From Cetorhinus maximus (taxonomy: Eukaryota), in assembly GCF_964194155.1 (NCBI RefSeq), contig NC_135891.1, positions 110,856,001 to 110,920,000 of the forward strand: a stretch of 64,000 nt of DNA, written 5' to 3'. A program made the position numbers and the translations under genes. Positions 13,090-25,956 of this stretch are shown piece after piece; positions within the stretch are counted from its first letter, which is position 1, and the number at the start of each line of letters is the position of its first letter. The notes under the pieces were generated by a model. It made no database searches. It was not told the origin of the DNA and saw only the letters and a list, made by a program, of their open reading frames with translations.

Positions 13090-16000
13090 TCAAAACAGGG
13101 AGTTCAAGACGCAGCTGGACTGGGCTAACATCTAATGTTCTTTCTGTTTAGCAAAAAGGGATCCATCAGGTTAAGAGGGAAACTGTTTCAATATCAAGAT
13201 ATTTATGTATTATGCATAGTTGCGATTTGCAAACATTCCTTTACCTTGCCAATGGCCAACAAAACGAAACAAAATTAAATTGTTGCTCAATCTCTCCCAC
13301 TTTTCTAAGGAGGACCTATATGCCACCAGTCTTTAAAGCAGCTATAACATTGACTTCAGAAATAAGACAACACTATGAACCGGACACAAGGGAAATGCAG
13401 AGGCAGCAGAAATGTAAAAGCCAGTAATTATGTTAGTCATATGTGACAAATATAAAATCCCACAAATTAGGTTAAAAAATTGTGCAGTCATAATTGGGCA
13501 GTGTTTAGTTAGGTAAATGAAATAACTTCTGGATTAATGAAGGTGGAAAGTGGTTTACTGCCCATCTGCTCTGCCTGACATTTTACAGGTTGTGAAAACG
13601 TCATTGCAGAGGTAAGTGAAAAAAATGCTTTTTCTTTTAACTAGCAGCTTAGGTGAGGGAGAAATTGCTTTCAACACAGGGTACATACTACACTAGAATA
13701 CAAATATCTCCTTTGCCAATAAAGGAATGAGGTATTTTGTTCAGCATCCAAGGTGCTGGCCCACTCAGTACAGATCAACTGAACTTGATCAACGCTCCCT
13801 ACTGACTGCAGGGATCAAATTGAGCTGTCAGGAACAAGCTTTAAATGTCAAACGGTAGGACTGGAAATTTAAACGAAACGATGGAGGTCATAACACCCCT
13901 TTATTTACCTTCATTTTAAATAAATACAATGTGGGCCTCATCCCCATTTCATAAATCCGCTGCACAACTGAGTTGTGTGGAGGTTTATATATTAGTGACA
14001 ATAAAACGGTCTTGTTTTCAGTTACTGTCACCCGTATTGTGAAATACGTCACAAACCGTCAAACTGGATTCGAATCAAATTACCCTGAAAACCTTCAGAA
14101 AAATACCAATGGCCTTCCAGTTTGAGAAAGAGTTTGGTGAGCCTCCCATGCAATTCAGATCACAGGGTACAAGTTTAAGGATTATATTGTACTGAAAACA
14201 TACAAACCTCGAAATTCCTGGATTCGGAAAGAGGTGCCTGCCTTTTTGTGGCACTTTTCTTAACCTCAGGTTGTTTTTACAAGAATAAACTAAATCGCTA
14301 CTCAGCAGCCTGTTTGCCATCTAAATAAGTCATGAGGAAAGAGATTTTATACTGTAATGCACATCTATGGTGTCAAAACTCACTTGTCAGTGCTCCAAAC
14401 TAATTGCAACTGGTAAAGATCAAGAGGGATTCAATTCCAATTTTTTGTAGGCAAGGTATAACTCCTTCACACTGCACTACCCAGTGGCAGATTAGAGAAT
14501 AACACCAGCAACAGCTCCACACAGTGGTAACCTTGCCCATGCTGTAGTTCTGCAAAAACGGCCAGTTTCACCTAGGCAGCTCTCCTCATCACAGCAACAG
14601 AATACTACATCACAGATTGGGGCAGCCATCCCACCAAACCTGTAGCTATCATTTTTATTCCATATGCCACCGAGACATTCTCCATACCTTATTACCACCA
14701 ACTATTTTTTATTTCTTTTAAAGTACATGCTGGATTATAATAAAGGTTTGCAACAGAATTCCACAATGGTCAGATTTCAGTCTACCCATTATCAGATTTC
14801 TAAATTAGTGTCATTTCTGCTGGCGTATACCAATAAAAACAAAGCTTTTACTGCAATGATCTGCCACTTTCTTTTGGTTAGCTGCACTGTCATAGCTTTG
14901 CAGAAATCTCCACAGGTAGTCAGCTTCCAGTGGGCCTTAATCGTTGCATGTACCACATGGAAATTTTAAAAACTATTGGTGTAGTTTGACCAATGCCTTG
15001 GGCAAAGTCAAGCATGATGTCCATAAAAACAATAAATTGTTAAACAGACTTTAAAAATGGGCATTTTTGGAACGTAAGCATCGCTAGCGAGGTCAGCATT
15101 TATTGCCCATTCTAAATTATCCATGAGAAAGTGATGATGAGCATTCATCTTGAATTGCAGCAGATTAAAGATTCTCCCACAGTGCTATTACTTAGGAGTT
15201 CCAGGATTTTGACCCAGTGACGACCAAGGAACAGCAATAAAAGGTCCACAATGTGACCAGCAGAGAAAACTGAAGGCAATGGTGTTCCCATGTGTCTGGG
15301 AAGATGTGCCCTTGTCCTTCTGGATGGCAAAGGTCACATCTTTGGGAGGTGCTACCAAAGAAGCCTTGGTGAGCTGCTGTAGTGTTTTTCGGGGGGGGTG
15401 GGTTTAATCTAGGCAGTTACAAGATTTTTTTTGCTGTGGGTATATTCCAGCTTCTGGTGCCAGTAATTAGGGATGTGCAACGGTAACATTAGATTTCAGT
15501 CTTTAGACCTTTGCTGACATCAGGAGACCAGTTCACATCAAAGCAGCAAAACATTTACTCTTTTAAAATTCTTTAATGGAATGTGGGCATCACTGCGAAG
15601 GCCAGCACTTGTTGCACATCCCTAATTGCTACAACTGAATGGCTTGCTAGGCCATTTCAGAGGGCAATTAAGAGTCAACCACATTGCTATCGGTATGGAG
15701 TCACATGTAGGCCAGACCAGGTAAGAACAGATGTCCTTCCCTAAAGAACATGAGTGACCCAAATGGATTTTTACAACAATTGATAGTACAGAAACATATT
15801 CTGTTCTCTTTTTTTAAGCAAGGCTGCTCACCCTTTCTTTTTATAACTAACCAGTAGGGTATATTTAATTGTCTCAGGTGGACTCTGGCTCTGATTAATG
15901 CTTCTTTTGTGTGTCTGCTGAGTTAGTTCATCTCACCTAAAGCAGCATCATAGTAGGCATCACCATTTGGAGAAATACTAGAAATGAAGAAAAAATTATG

Positions 16001-16255
16001 GGAAAAGAGCAGAGGCATATGATTAATTGGGTAACCCTCCCAAAGAACCAGAAAAGGCACAATGGGCCAAACAGCCTCAATGGCACAGGCACCAAAGGCC
16101 AAACATCCTCATTGTCTGCTGTGCCATTTTATGATTACAGCATCCTCCCCAGTGGCAATGCCTAAGGTTACAAATGCACATCCCCAATCACTGGTACCAG
16201 AAGCTGAAATATACCTACAGCATAAAAAACTCTATAACATTGCTGAAGAGAGGCA

Positions 16256-16418
16256 TGTTGTCAAAGCTTTTTGTCTTGCACTTATCAGGACAAACGCAAG
16301 AATGACATGTCAATCAATCAGCGCCCTTTTCTCCTGTGGTGTAAATTGTTGTGAGCGTTTGAAATTTGGCATTCTTGCATTTGTCCTCACGAGCGCAAGA
16401 CAAAAAACTTTGACAGCA
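16256..16418. repeat. ~49-bp imperfect inverted repeat (MITE-like) in RPS15 intron 3
   Basis: TGTTGTCAAAGCTTTTTGTCTTGCACTTATCAGGACAAACGCAAGAATG (16256-16304) versus its reverse complement at 16370-16418. A paralogous copy is at ~38579-38738. Confidence 0.7.
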
Positions 16419-16594
16419 TTTCAGCAATTTAAAAAAATCTTACGCTGAGACCTCTGAATGGATGTTTCTGTCTACCAATACAATGTCAATTAATGCAGCA
16501 CAGGATCATATGAATAGCCTTTGATATTGTATTCTGCATATGCAAAATATAAAACAATGTTACTAATGATTAAAGAAAGTATTAGGCAAATTCA

Positions 16595-16855
<261 letters not shown>

Positions 16856-17618
16856 TCAGACTGTTGGAATTCCAGACTATACGCTCACTAAAACAGAACT
16901 GATGTTTAGTGTAGTTTACAATTGGATTAGGCACTTTCTAATTTCCTACCCATTTTAAAAGTCACAGAAACCAGACTATACAACACCTTAGCATTAAATA
17001 TATGCTCTGCTTCGAAGTGAGAGACAGGATCAGGTGGTAGCCTGATCAGGTGGGAGACAAAAAATTGTGGGTTCAAGCCCTGATTCAGAATTTGATCTTA
17101 ACATTTCAGTGCAGTACTAAGGGACTGCTTTGACAGATCAGTCATCTTTCAGGTGTTAGCTATTTGCAGGACCTTGTGTGCAACCTGTTGCATTTTCATC
17201 AACCTTTTTTTCTATTGTTCCCCCAGTCTTTGAGAGGAAAATAAAGACACATGTTGCAATATGAAGTCACATAAAAAGGGCGCACAACCTTGATTTTGCA
17301 CATGCCTTCTAGCTTTCCCTCTCCCTAGTGAAAAGGAAAATTGCACATATATGTGCATCACTTCAATTCTGCTACAGACTTTTTTTTCTGGCCTTGAGCA
17401 GGCTGATCAGTGCAATTACAAAAATGTGACCAACAGGATCTCTGAGCAATCAGCACTCCCAGCACCCACCACCCCTGTACACTCCCCCAGCAAAGCCAGA
17501 CCCATGATTACCAAATATCCATTCCTCCGATATCAGATTGCTCTATCTGTTGACCTGTATAACTTAAATTCTCTCTCTGTATACACGCACATTAGTAAAG
17601 CATTCTTATTGTGTCACC

Positions 17619-18020
17619 CATGGCTCAGTTGGTAGACTTTGGCCTGACTCACATGGCTCTGGGTTTAAGCCCCAATCCAGCACAAAATTCAAGATCGACA
17701 TTCTGAAAGAGTGCTGCACTGTCAGAGGTGCTGTCTTTCAGATGAGACTTTAAACTGAGTCTCAGGTGGATGTAAAAGATCCCACAGTGCTATCTCAAGG
17801 AGGAGCAAGGGAGTTTTCCCCAGTGTCCTGGCCAATATTTTTCTCTCAATCAACATCACAAAATCTGGTCATTATCATATTGCTGATCCTGAGAGCTTGC
17901 AGTGCACAAATTTATTGCCACTTTTCCAATTTACTACAGAAGGTTAGACTTACAAAAGTAATTGATTGTGTAAAGTGCTTTGAGACAGTGGTCGTGAAAA
18001 GAGCTAAATCAATGCAAGTC
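17619..18020 (+). mobile_element. tRNA-headed SINE with Deu-like central domain (SacSINE1/DeuSINE-like)
   Basis: TGGCTCAGTTGG and GGGTTTAAGCCC A/B-box-like head; GGTGCTGTCTTTCAGATGAGAC..GGATGTAAAAGATCCCAC..GTGTCCTGGCCAATATT core; GTAAAGTGCTTTGAG tail. A paralogous copy is at ~40232-40615. Confidence 0.6.
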
Positions 18021-18270
18021 GTCTTTTCTGATGAAGTAGTGCCAATTTCTTCTCGTAAGAGTGACAATGCTTCCCAAGATAGGACAAGAGGGGCTGCAGT
18101 AAACAGATGCTGCGCACCCCTCAACCCCAAAGTTTCAAACCAGCAAAGTTGAAACACACCAACTAATCACACTGCACCCTGAACATCAAAAACAGAGAAC
18201 ATTGCATAGCCTTCCTCCATATATACGCCGGGCACAACCGAAATTACTTATTTAGCACAATGCAACTTAC

Positions 18271-18359
18271 TAGGACATGTCGAGGAGCTGATCCAGGTCA
18301 ACACCTCTGTAGGTAAATTTCCTGAAAGTTCTTTTCTTCTTCTGTTCTACTTGGTCAGC
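18271..18359 (-). CDS. RPS15: 40S ribosomal protein S15, exon 2 (intact copy)
   Basis: TAG acceptor, 89 nt encoding ADQVEQKKKRTFRKFTYRGVDLDQLLDMS(Y), GTAAGT donor. Confidence 0.96.
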
Positions 18360-19139
18360 CTAGGTTCAAAAACAATATCTAGGAAATTACAACCTAAGAG
18401 CAACCACTACTATAGAAACATAAGGAACCCTCACCCTGGTCTCAGGCACATTAGAGAGAATGTGCTGTTGGTCAGTGGGGACAATCTACTTTTCCAGAGG
18501 GAAACAATGAATGGTGCGGTGTAAAGTACATCGAAAAACACCATCAACTTTCACATTTTTCTCTGTTTAAAAATGTTTGATGCTTCCCCAACAACAGGTC
18601 CTGGTTTAAAAGGTCTCGCCATCAGTTCTCATTTCTCTCTCTCAACAGTTCGTTGATGTTGACAACTCGGTTGTATATTTTTTTTTAGATGTTACACAAG
18701 GTCCCAGAATCAGGACAGTGCAGCCTTGTCGATGTTGCCTTTGGGGAAACTCCAGGCATCAGGGGCTGGATTCCAGCGCTAAACTCAACTGACGATTTCA
18801 AAGCCGGCCGGTTCTGACATTAAAGTCACTGCGGCACCAACTCTTAACCTTTCCACCTCCCCAAGTATGAAGGCAACCGGGCCAATTTTTTTTAAAAAAC
18901 TGTCCTTTCCCAAACTTAAGGAGTAACCGCCGCTGCCGCATATTACACGTTCATTTGGGTCAGCCTGCGGCCCACAGAGACCTGCACCCGGTTCGATTAA
19001 CATTAAACCGAATTTCTCCAGACAATAACCGGTGAATCTTATAGCTTAGACTCCGCGCTACAACATCTTTGCCGATACGGCAGCTCTGGCGTTAATCTGA
19101 GAGCGGATTAACAAGGATTGCGTTGGACTCTCTCAGCAC

Positions 19140-19290
19140 CGCCATCTACAAACACCCACCATTTTCACCCGGTCTCGCTGGAAAGGACAAATCTCGTTTC
19201 CGCTGCGGCAAATATCGCGGGATTTGGGCCTGGATTGGCTGGGTGGGGAAACAATTGGTTCACCGCGCATGCGCACTCCTACTGACTCAG
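19140..19290 (-). promoter_or_regulatory. RPS15 CpG-rich promoter with 5'TOP tract
   Basis: TCCTTTCC (19187-19180), ETS/GABP-like GCGGAAA (~19197-19203), ATTGG/CCAAT boxes (~19234, ~19254), NRF1-type GCGCATGCGC (19265-19274) and YY1-like CGCCATCT at the start of intron 1 (~19140). Confidence 0.7.
19160..19162 (-). CDS. RPS15: RPS15 exon 1 (ATG only); spliced CDS 3+89+235+114 = 441 nt, 146 aa
   Basis: aaaATG|GTGGGT donor lies 17 nt downstream of a TCCTTTCC TOP-like tract. The phase-0 junction fits exon 2. Confidence 0.75.
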
Positions 19291-19295
19291 TGATC

Positions 19296-20900
19296 AAGTG
19301 GACCTGCCCAACTTCTCCCTTTTTTCTCCCTCTCGTCTGGACCTGGAAAAATTTATTAATTTTGCTTCCAATTTCCACCCCTCCATCATTTTCACATGGT
19401 CCATCTCTGACACTTCCCTTCCCTTCCTTGACCTCTCTGTCTCAATTTCTGCTGATAGACTGTTCACCAATATCCATTACAAGCCTACCGACTCCCACAG
19501 CTACCTCGACTACAGCTCCTCACACCCTGCTTCCTGTAAGGACTCCATCCCATTCTCTCAGTTCCTTTGCCTCCGTCGCATCTGTTCTGATGATGCCACT
19601 TTCAAAAACAGTTCCTCTGACATGTCCTCCTTCCTTAACCGAGGTTTTCCACCTTTTCCAACCGAGGTGGTTGACAGGGCCCTCAACCGTGTCTGGCCCA
19701 TCTCCTGTGCATCCGCCCACACACCTTCTTCTCCCTCCCAGAAACATGATAGGGTCCCCCTTGTCCTCACTTATCACCCCACCAGCCTCCGCATTCAAAG
19801 GATCATCCTCCGCCATTTCCGCCAACTCCAGCATGATACCACCACCAAACACATCTTCCCTTCACCCCACCGGCGGTATTCCGCAGGGATTGTTCCCTCC
19901 GGGATACCCTGGTCCACTCCTCCATCACCCCCTACACCTCAACCCCCTCCCATGGCACCTTCCCATGCAACTGCACAAGGTGCAACACCTGCCCCTTCAC
20001 TCCCCCTCTCCTCACCGTCCAAGGGCCCAAACACTCCTTTCAAGTGAAGCAGCATTTCACTTGCACTTCCCTCAACTTAGTCTACTGCATTCATTGCTCC
20101 CAATGCGGTTTCATCTACATTGGAGAGACCAAACGCAGACTGGGTGACCACTTTGCAGAACACCTTCAGTCTGTCCACAAGAATTACCCAGACCTCCCTG
20201 TCACTTGCCATTTCAACATTCCACCCTGCTCTCATGCCGACATGTCCGTCCTTGGCTTGCTGCATTGTTCCAGTGAAGCTCAACGCAAACTGGAGGAACA
20301 GCACCTCATCTTCCGACTAGGCACTTTACAGCCTTCCGGACTGAATATTGAGTTCAACAATTTTAGACCATGAGCTCTCTCCTCCATCCCCACCCCCTTT
20401 CCGATTTTCCCCCCTCCTTTTTGTTCTTTCCAATAATTTATATAGATTTTTCTTTTCCCACCTACTTCCATTATTTTTAAGTGTATTTCCATCCATTGTT
20501 TTATCTCTACCTTTTAGCCTATTTCAATCCCTTCCCCCCACCCCACCCCCACTAGGGCTATCTGTACCTTGCTCGTCCTGCTTTCTACCCTTAATTAGCA
20601 CATTCCTTTAGATAATATCACCACCTTCAACACCTCTTTGTCCTTTTGTCTGTGACATCTTTTGGTTATCTCCACCTATCACTGGCCCTCTATCCAGCTC
20701 TTCTTGTCACACCACAGTCCCCCTTAAACCAGCTTATATTTCACCTCTCTTCTATTTTTACTTAGTTCTGTTGAAGGGTCATTTGGACTCGAAACATTAA
20801 CTGTGTTCCTCTCCGCAGATGCTGCCAGACCTGCTGAGTTTTTCCAGGTATTTTTGTTTTTGTTTTGGATTTCCAGCATCCGCAGTTTTTTGCTTTTATC
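19296..20900 (+). mobile_element. Penelope-like retroelement, 5'-truncated (RT C-terminus, GIY-YIG endonuclease, terminal repeat)
   Basis: LPFLDLSV..IHYKPTDSHSYLDYSSSHP..SIPFSQFLCLRRICS, then NLVYCIHCSQCGFIYIGETKRRLGDHFAEH..LGTLQPSGLNIEF. It is absent at the paralogous position (~43250-43285). Confidence 0.9.
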
Positions 20901-20930
20901 TCCCTTTTTTCAAATGGATTAGGAATCATT

Positions 20931-21280
20931 CGGGCTGCCAACTGTAATTAAATGTATTCCTGGAGGTTTCATCACATGACTTGCTTTTGCCATTAGTTGG
21001 CCAACACATCTATCCTCGTGACGTGCTACCTTCCTTCGCCAATTGGAAAGCAAGGAGACTCATTCCCCAACTGGATGATGCTCGACTGTTAGCCAGACAG
21101 CCTTTTTGCCCCCATTTTCAATATTCTTATATCTGGCAAAGAGAAATGTTCAAAGAAAATGACAAATAAATCTTTTAATGTCCCTATGATTTTTCTCCAA
21201 TGTTGTGCAAAGCTGTGTCTTGGAGATTAATCTTCAATTACTAGAGACTCCACATCAATCCTGGAGGATTGGCAACCCTA
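20931..21280. mobile_element. hAT-like MITE
   Basis: GGGCTGCCAA and TTGGCAACCCTA termini. The paralogous copy (54325-54698) is interrupted at its left TIR by the 11-kb retroelement cluster. Confidence 0.5.
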
Positions 21281-22104
21281 ATCAAGCATCCCCCCCCACA
21301 ACACCCCGACCAAAAAATACATTTACTAACTAATACTAATAACACCTGAGTAAAAGTACTTTGGCACACTTTCTTTGAGTTTCAGTACCTCAATGTTTAA
21401 AAAAAAACTCCCCTCTCTTGAAAAAGGCTGAACTCGCCTGTCACCCACCGCCAGCCTCAGTGACAACTGCAGGTCTACCTGCCACTCTCAGTGCTCCTTT
21501 ATGTGCGAGGTGAGACAGCCAGCCCACTCTGCACTACGCTTGTGGTAGTCACAGTCCGCTTCCCATCCTGGGTCACACCAAACCACCTCCGGCCATCACT
21601 CGTTTGCACACTGCTTGACTACTTTGCAGACCCCCCGGAAAGTCTCTGTCGACCCCAGTTTGAGACAAACTGAAATACAGGCAGAGGACAGGCCCTAATC
21701 TCTAGAATTCCATCGCTAGACGTCTCTGCCTCTTACCTCTCTTTCTGTCTTTAAGGTGCTTCTCAAAACATCTTTGACCAAGATTTCAGCCATCTGGTCT
21801 AATATCGTCTAATGTAGCTCAGTGTCAAATTTTGCTATATGTTGCTCCTGCAAAATGCCGAGTTGTTTTATTACATTAAAGGCACTATATAAATTCAAGT
21901 TGTTGTTGAGGCATCTTCTTGAAAAAAATGTAATCAAAGAAAGTACAGCTATCCATAAAACATGATTTTTAAAAAATAAGACAAAAAATACTGAAAATAC
22001 ACAAATTTCATTTTATATTCATGGGAAGTGGGCTTCGTTAGCTGGGCCAGCATTTATTGCCCATCCCTAGTAGCGTAATTAAGTGGCCTAAAAGTAGAGC
22101 AACA

Positions 22105-23040
22105 TAAAGATAAAAGCGAAATACTGCGGATGCTGGAAATCTAGAACAAAAACAAAAATACCTGGAAAAACTCAGCAGGTCTGACAGCATCTGCGGAAAG
22201 GGATACAGTTGACGTTTCGAGTTCGTATGACCCTTCATCAGAACTAAGACATATAGAAATGAGACGAAATATAAGCTGGTAGAAGGGGGTGGGACAGGAG
22301 AGCTCGATAGAGGGCCAGTGGTAGGTGGAGGCCAAGAAGAGACTGCCAAAGATGTCATAGACAAAATGTCAAAGGGGTGTTGACGGTGGTGATATTATCT
22401 AAAGGATGTGCTAATGGGGACATTAAGGGAACCTTAAGGGACATGCCCACATGTCCATCCTTGGCCTGCTGCAATGTTCCAGTGAAGCTCAACACAAACT
22501 GGAGGAACAGCACCTCATCTTCCAACTAGGCACTTTACAGCCTTCCGGACTTAATATTGAGTTCAATAATTTCAGATCATAATTCTCTCCTCTATCCCCA
22601 CTCCCTTTCCGATCCCCACTTTTCCAATAAGTTATCCTTTTTTTACAACTATATTTTTTTCTTTTCCCTCTATTGTTTCATCTCCACCTTTTAGCCCATT
22701 TCGATCCCTTCCCCCCCACCCCACCCGCACTAGGGCCATCTGCCACTAGCTTGCTTCCCTTAATATCCCCATTAGCACATCCCTTAGATAATATCACCAC
22801 CATCAACACCCCTTTGTACTTTTGTCTATGACATCTTTGGCAGTCTCTTCTTGGCCTCCACCTATCACTGGCTCCCTGTCGAGCTCTCCTGTCCCACCCC
22901 CTTCTACCAGCTTATGTTTCATCTCATTTCTATATGTCTTAGTTCTGATGGTCATACGGACTTGAAGCATCAACTGTATCCCTCTCTGCAGATGCTGTCA
23001 GACCTGCTGAGTTTTTCCAGGTATTTTTGTTTTTGTTCTT
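22105..23040. mobile_element. Penelope-like insertion with inverted terminal-repeat arms
   Basis: ~22107-22430 is the reverse complement of ~22760-23038. A GIY-YIG C-terminal fragment lies between them (22440-22580). Confidence 0.8.
22206..22246 (-). ncRNA. Minimal hammerhead ribozyme motif (Penelope-associated)
   Basis: Minus strand reads UAGUU-CUGAUGA-A-GGGUCAUACGAACUC-GAAA-CG-UC-AACUG, with intact core and a GUC cleavage triplet. Confidence 0.6.
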
Positions 23041-24902
23041 GTATTTGGGAAACATAATTAGGTTCAGTATATGAGCAGAAAATTTGAGCTGGGTACTTGA
23101 CTCAGGGTGGGGGTGTTGGGGGGCTGATAAAACGTGACCTTGCCCACATTAAATGGAAATAAAAAAGTGTCAGACAGAACTATAGAAGAGCAATGGGAAA
23201 TGCAGGATTTGGATAAGTCTCAAATCACCAGTAAGGGGTATAGTGAAATTTGGGGTTCTATATGTTTGTTTGAATAAACAATTTGATTAAAGTTTAAACA
23301 TAATACCAAAGTATATAATTCTTAAAGGGTAGAGTTAAGAAAAGGAACTTAACATTGCAGTGTCCCCTGCAATGACCAAGTTCCAAGTACAGCAGTTACT
23401 TTGAGAGTCTGATGTCAGGCGCATGAATGACATGTCCTGCCCAACAGAGCTGGTTTTGTGTGATTAGTGCCTTGATACTGGGCATATTGGCTTGCAAGAG
23501 GACACTGCTGTTGGACCACCTTTCTTGCTACTGGATTTGGAGGATCTTTCAAAGCCACTGCCAGTGGTACTTCTCCAGGGCTTTGAGGGCCTGCTATAGA
23601 TTGTCCAAATCTTTGAAGCATACAGGAGCACAGAGAACATTCCTGCCTCATAAACCAGGAACTTAGTTAAGATACAGACAGCATAGCCACCAAGTGATGA
23701 AGAAAAACTGGCATTTCTAAAGCGTGTTTCACAACATCCAAATACAATTTACAGCCAATAAATGCACATTTGTAACGTAGGGAAACACAGCAGCCGATTC
23801 AGCAAAGTCCCAGAAACAGCAAAGTCCAGATTATGCTATAGCAATGTCAGCCAAGGGATGAATGTGGACTAGAAAATCAGGAAGAATTCCCATATTCTTC
23901 TCCATAACATGCCATAGGATCTTATAAATCCCTAAGGAGGCAGCAGGATCTTAGTTACATCTCATCCAAACAGCACACCCCAACACTGTAGCACTCTCAA
24001 CAGTGAGATATCTGGTCATTGTCACATTGCCATTTGGGGACATTGGCTGCGTGCAAATTGGCTGTCAAGTTTCCCTACATTACCAACATAGACTACTCTT
24101 CAAAAATAGTTATGTCTACAACATGCTTTGGATATCCTGAGGTTGTGAGAAGTGCCATATAAAACCAAATATTCTTTCTTTCACCAGGCAGGATAACCCT
24201 GGCACTCCACATTGGATGAGTCATTTTTAATATTGCAGTTCAGGCGCAGATGCTGAAAAATCCTACATTTTCTCTCTTCTTTATTCTGGCAAGGCCAGCA
24301 GTTGCCCATGCTTGATTGTCCTTGAACTAAGGGCAGTAAAGTGCCAACCATATTGCTGTGGGTCTGGAGTCATATGTAGGCCAAACTAGCTAAGGATGGC
24401 ACATTTTCTTCCCTCAAGGGACATTAGTGAACTGGATGGATTTTTACAACAATCAATGAAAGCTGTCATGGTCACCAGCACAGAGACTAGCTTCTAGATT
24501 TATTTGAATTTAAATTCCACCTGGTGCCACACTGGGATTTGAACCATGTCCCCAGAGCATTGGGCTGGGTCTCTGAGATTACTAGTTTAGTGACATTACC
24601 ACTACTCCACCATCTCCTATCTCCCCACTGCCTATTATTCCCACAATAATGATGGTGACCCTTTATTGGGAAGAAAAATCACTCGCGAAGTACACTGATG
24701 GCGATGAATGCCAGTTTGAGTCAAGCTCTTCCACACAAGCTTAAGTCAGCAGGTTGTTCTCACTGCAAGTTTTTATTGGTACCATTTCTCTACACAATGG
24801 CACTGGTTCTGCTCATTCTATCATTGCCATGGTCGGTGAGCTCATACAAAGAGCCAGCAGGCTTTCTCAGCTAACAATGTTGATATAGCTTGAGGTTTAA
24901 CT

Positions 24903-25498
24903 GGGCTGGACTTTACATTCGCAAATGGGGCACATTGCTACACGCCCCCCGCCCCCCAAAGCTGACACAAAATTTGGCCTGATGATATATTGTATATTGT
25001 TGGCAATACGTCATTACACCAGTCTCCAAATTACAAAGGCAACCTGCCCACCAGTTGGCAATTAACAAGCTATTAAGCTTTATTACAACCCAATCATCTG
25101 CAATGTTTCATTCCCCACATTTTTCAGATATCAAACAAGAAAAAGTTTGGGAATCTTTTAGGGCGCAGGGGTGGCCATTGGGACCATGGTTGAATGAACC
25201 AGCAGATTCTGCTACAGAAGGTGGCAGCATCTGTATGTTTTAATGACGTATTTAAAAGATCTTTTTTCAGCTTTGATTACAAAATAAAGTCCCTGTACAA
25301 TTCTGCCATGACTGGCTTTCTGTTCACGGTGGTACCGGCCTACAGTGATTAGGTAGAGCCCCTTTGGCACCAATCATTGGCTTCCTTCTTGCCAAACAGC
25401 GACTAATTGGCCGTCGACACTTGATTGAACATGCTGATAGTGGGGGCAATTTTCCATTCTACCTCCCTCACGCGGCCATGATATGGAAAATTCAGTCC
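24903..25498. mobile_element. Harbinger-type MITE with 3-bp TSD
   Basis: GGGCTGGACTTTAC and GGAAAATTCAGTCC termini, flanked by ACT on both sides. The paralogous copy 56606-57177 has cleaner TIRs (GGGCTGGATTTT/AAAATTCAGCCC) and the same ACT TSD. Confidence 0.7.
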
Positions 25499-25681
25499 AC
25501 TGTGTCCTATATCACTTTTGCTAACCACACCGTTTTAATTTGGGCTGTTCCACCTTGCTGCACTGAATCCTTTGTGGCATTCTTAAATTTTCCATTTAGA
25601 CATAGAGATAAACCACTAGCTGGAGAGCCAAGGACTAGAGAGCATAATTTAAAAATTAGAACCAGACCTTTCAGTAGTGAA

Positions 25682-25956
25682 ATAAAAGCAAAAAACGGCA
25701 GATGCTGGAAATCCAAAACAAAAACAAAAACACCTGGAGAAACTCAGCAGGTCTGACAGCATCTGCAGAGAGAAACAGAGTTAACATTTTGAGTCTGTAT
25801 GACTCTTCAACAGAACTAAGGAAAAATAGAAAAGAGGTGAAATATAAGCTGGTTTAGCTTATATTTCACCTCTTTTCTATTTTTCCTTAGTTCTGTTGAA
25901 GAGTCATACGGACTCGAAACGTTAACTGTGTTCCTCTCCGCAGATGCTGTCAGACC
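25682..25956. mobile_element. Fold-back Penelope terminal-repeat insertion with target-site duplication
   Basis: ~100-bp inverted arms (25750-25850 / 25856-25956). TTTCAGTAGTGAA is duplicated at 25669-25681 and 25957-25969. The empty site is visible in the paralog at ~57340-57356. Confidence 0.85.

Noticed and set aside
19064-19066. Alternative RPS15 start in GGCAAAGATG (also at ~43019-43021)
   Set aside because: It is followed by TTGTAG, giving no GT donor and an in-frame stop. The ATG at 19160-19162 has a GT donor and a TOP tract.
23415-23666. ORFs shared with 55047-55373
   Set aside because: Duplicated intergenic DNA with indels between copies, and no splice or domain evidence.
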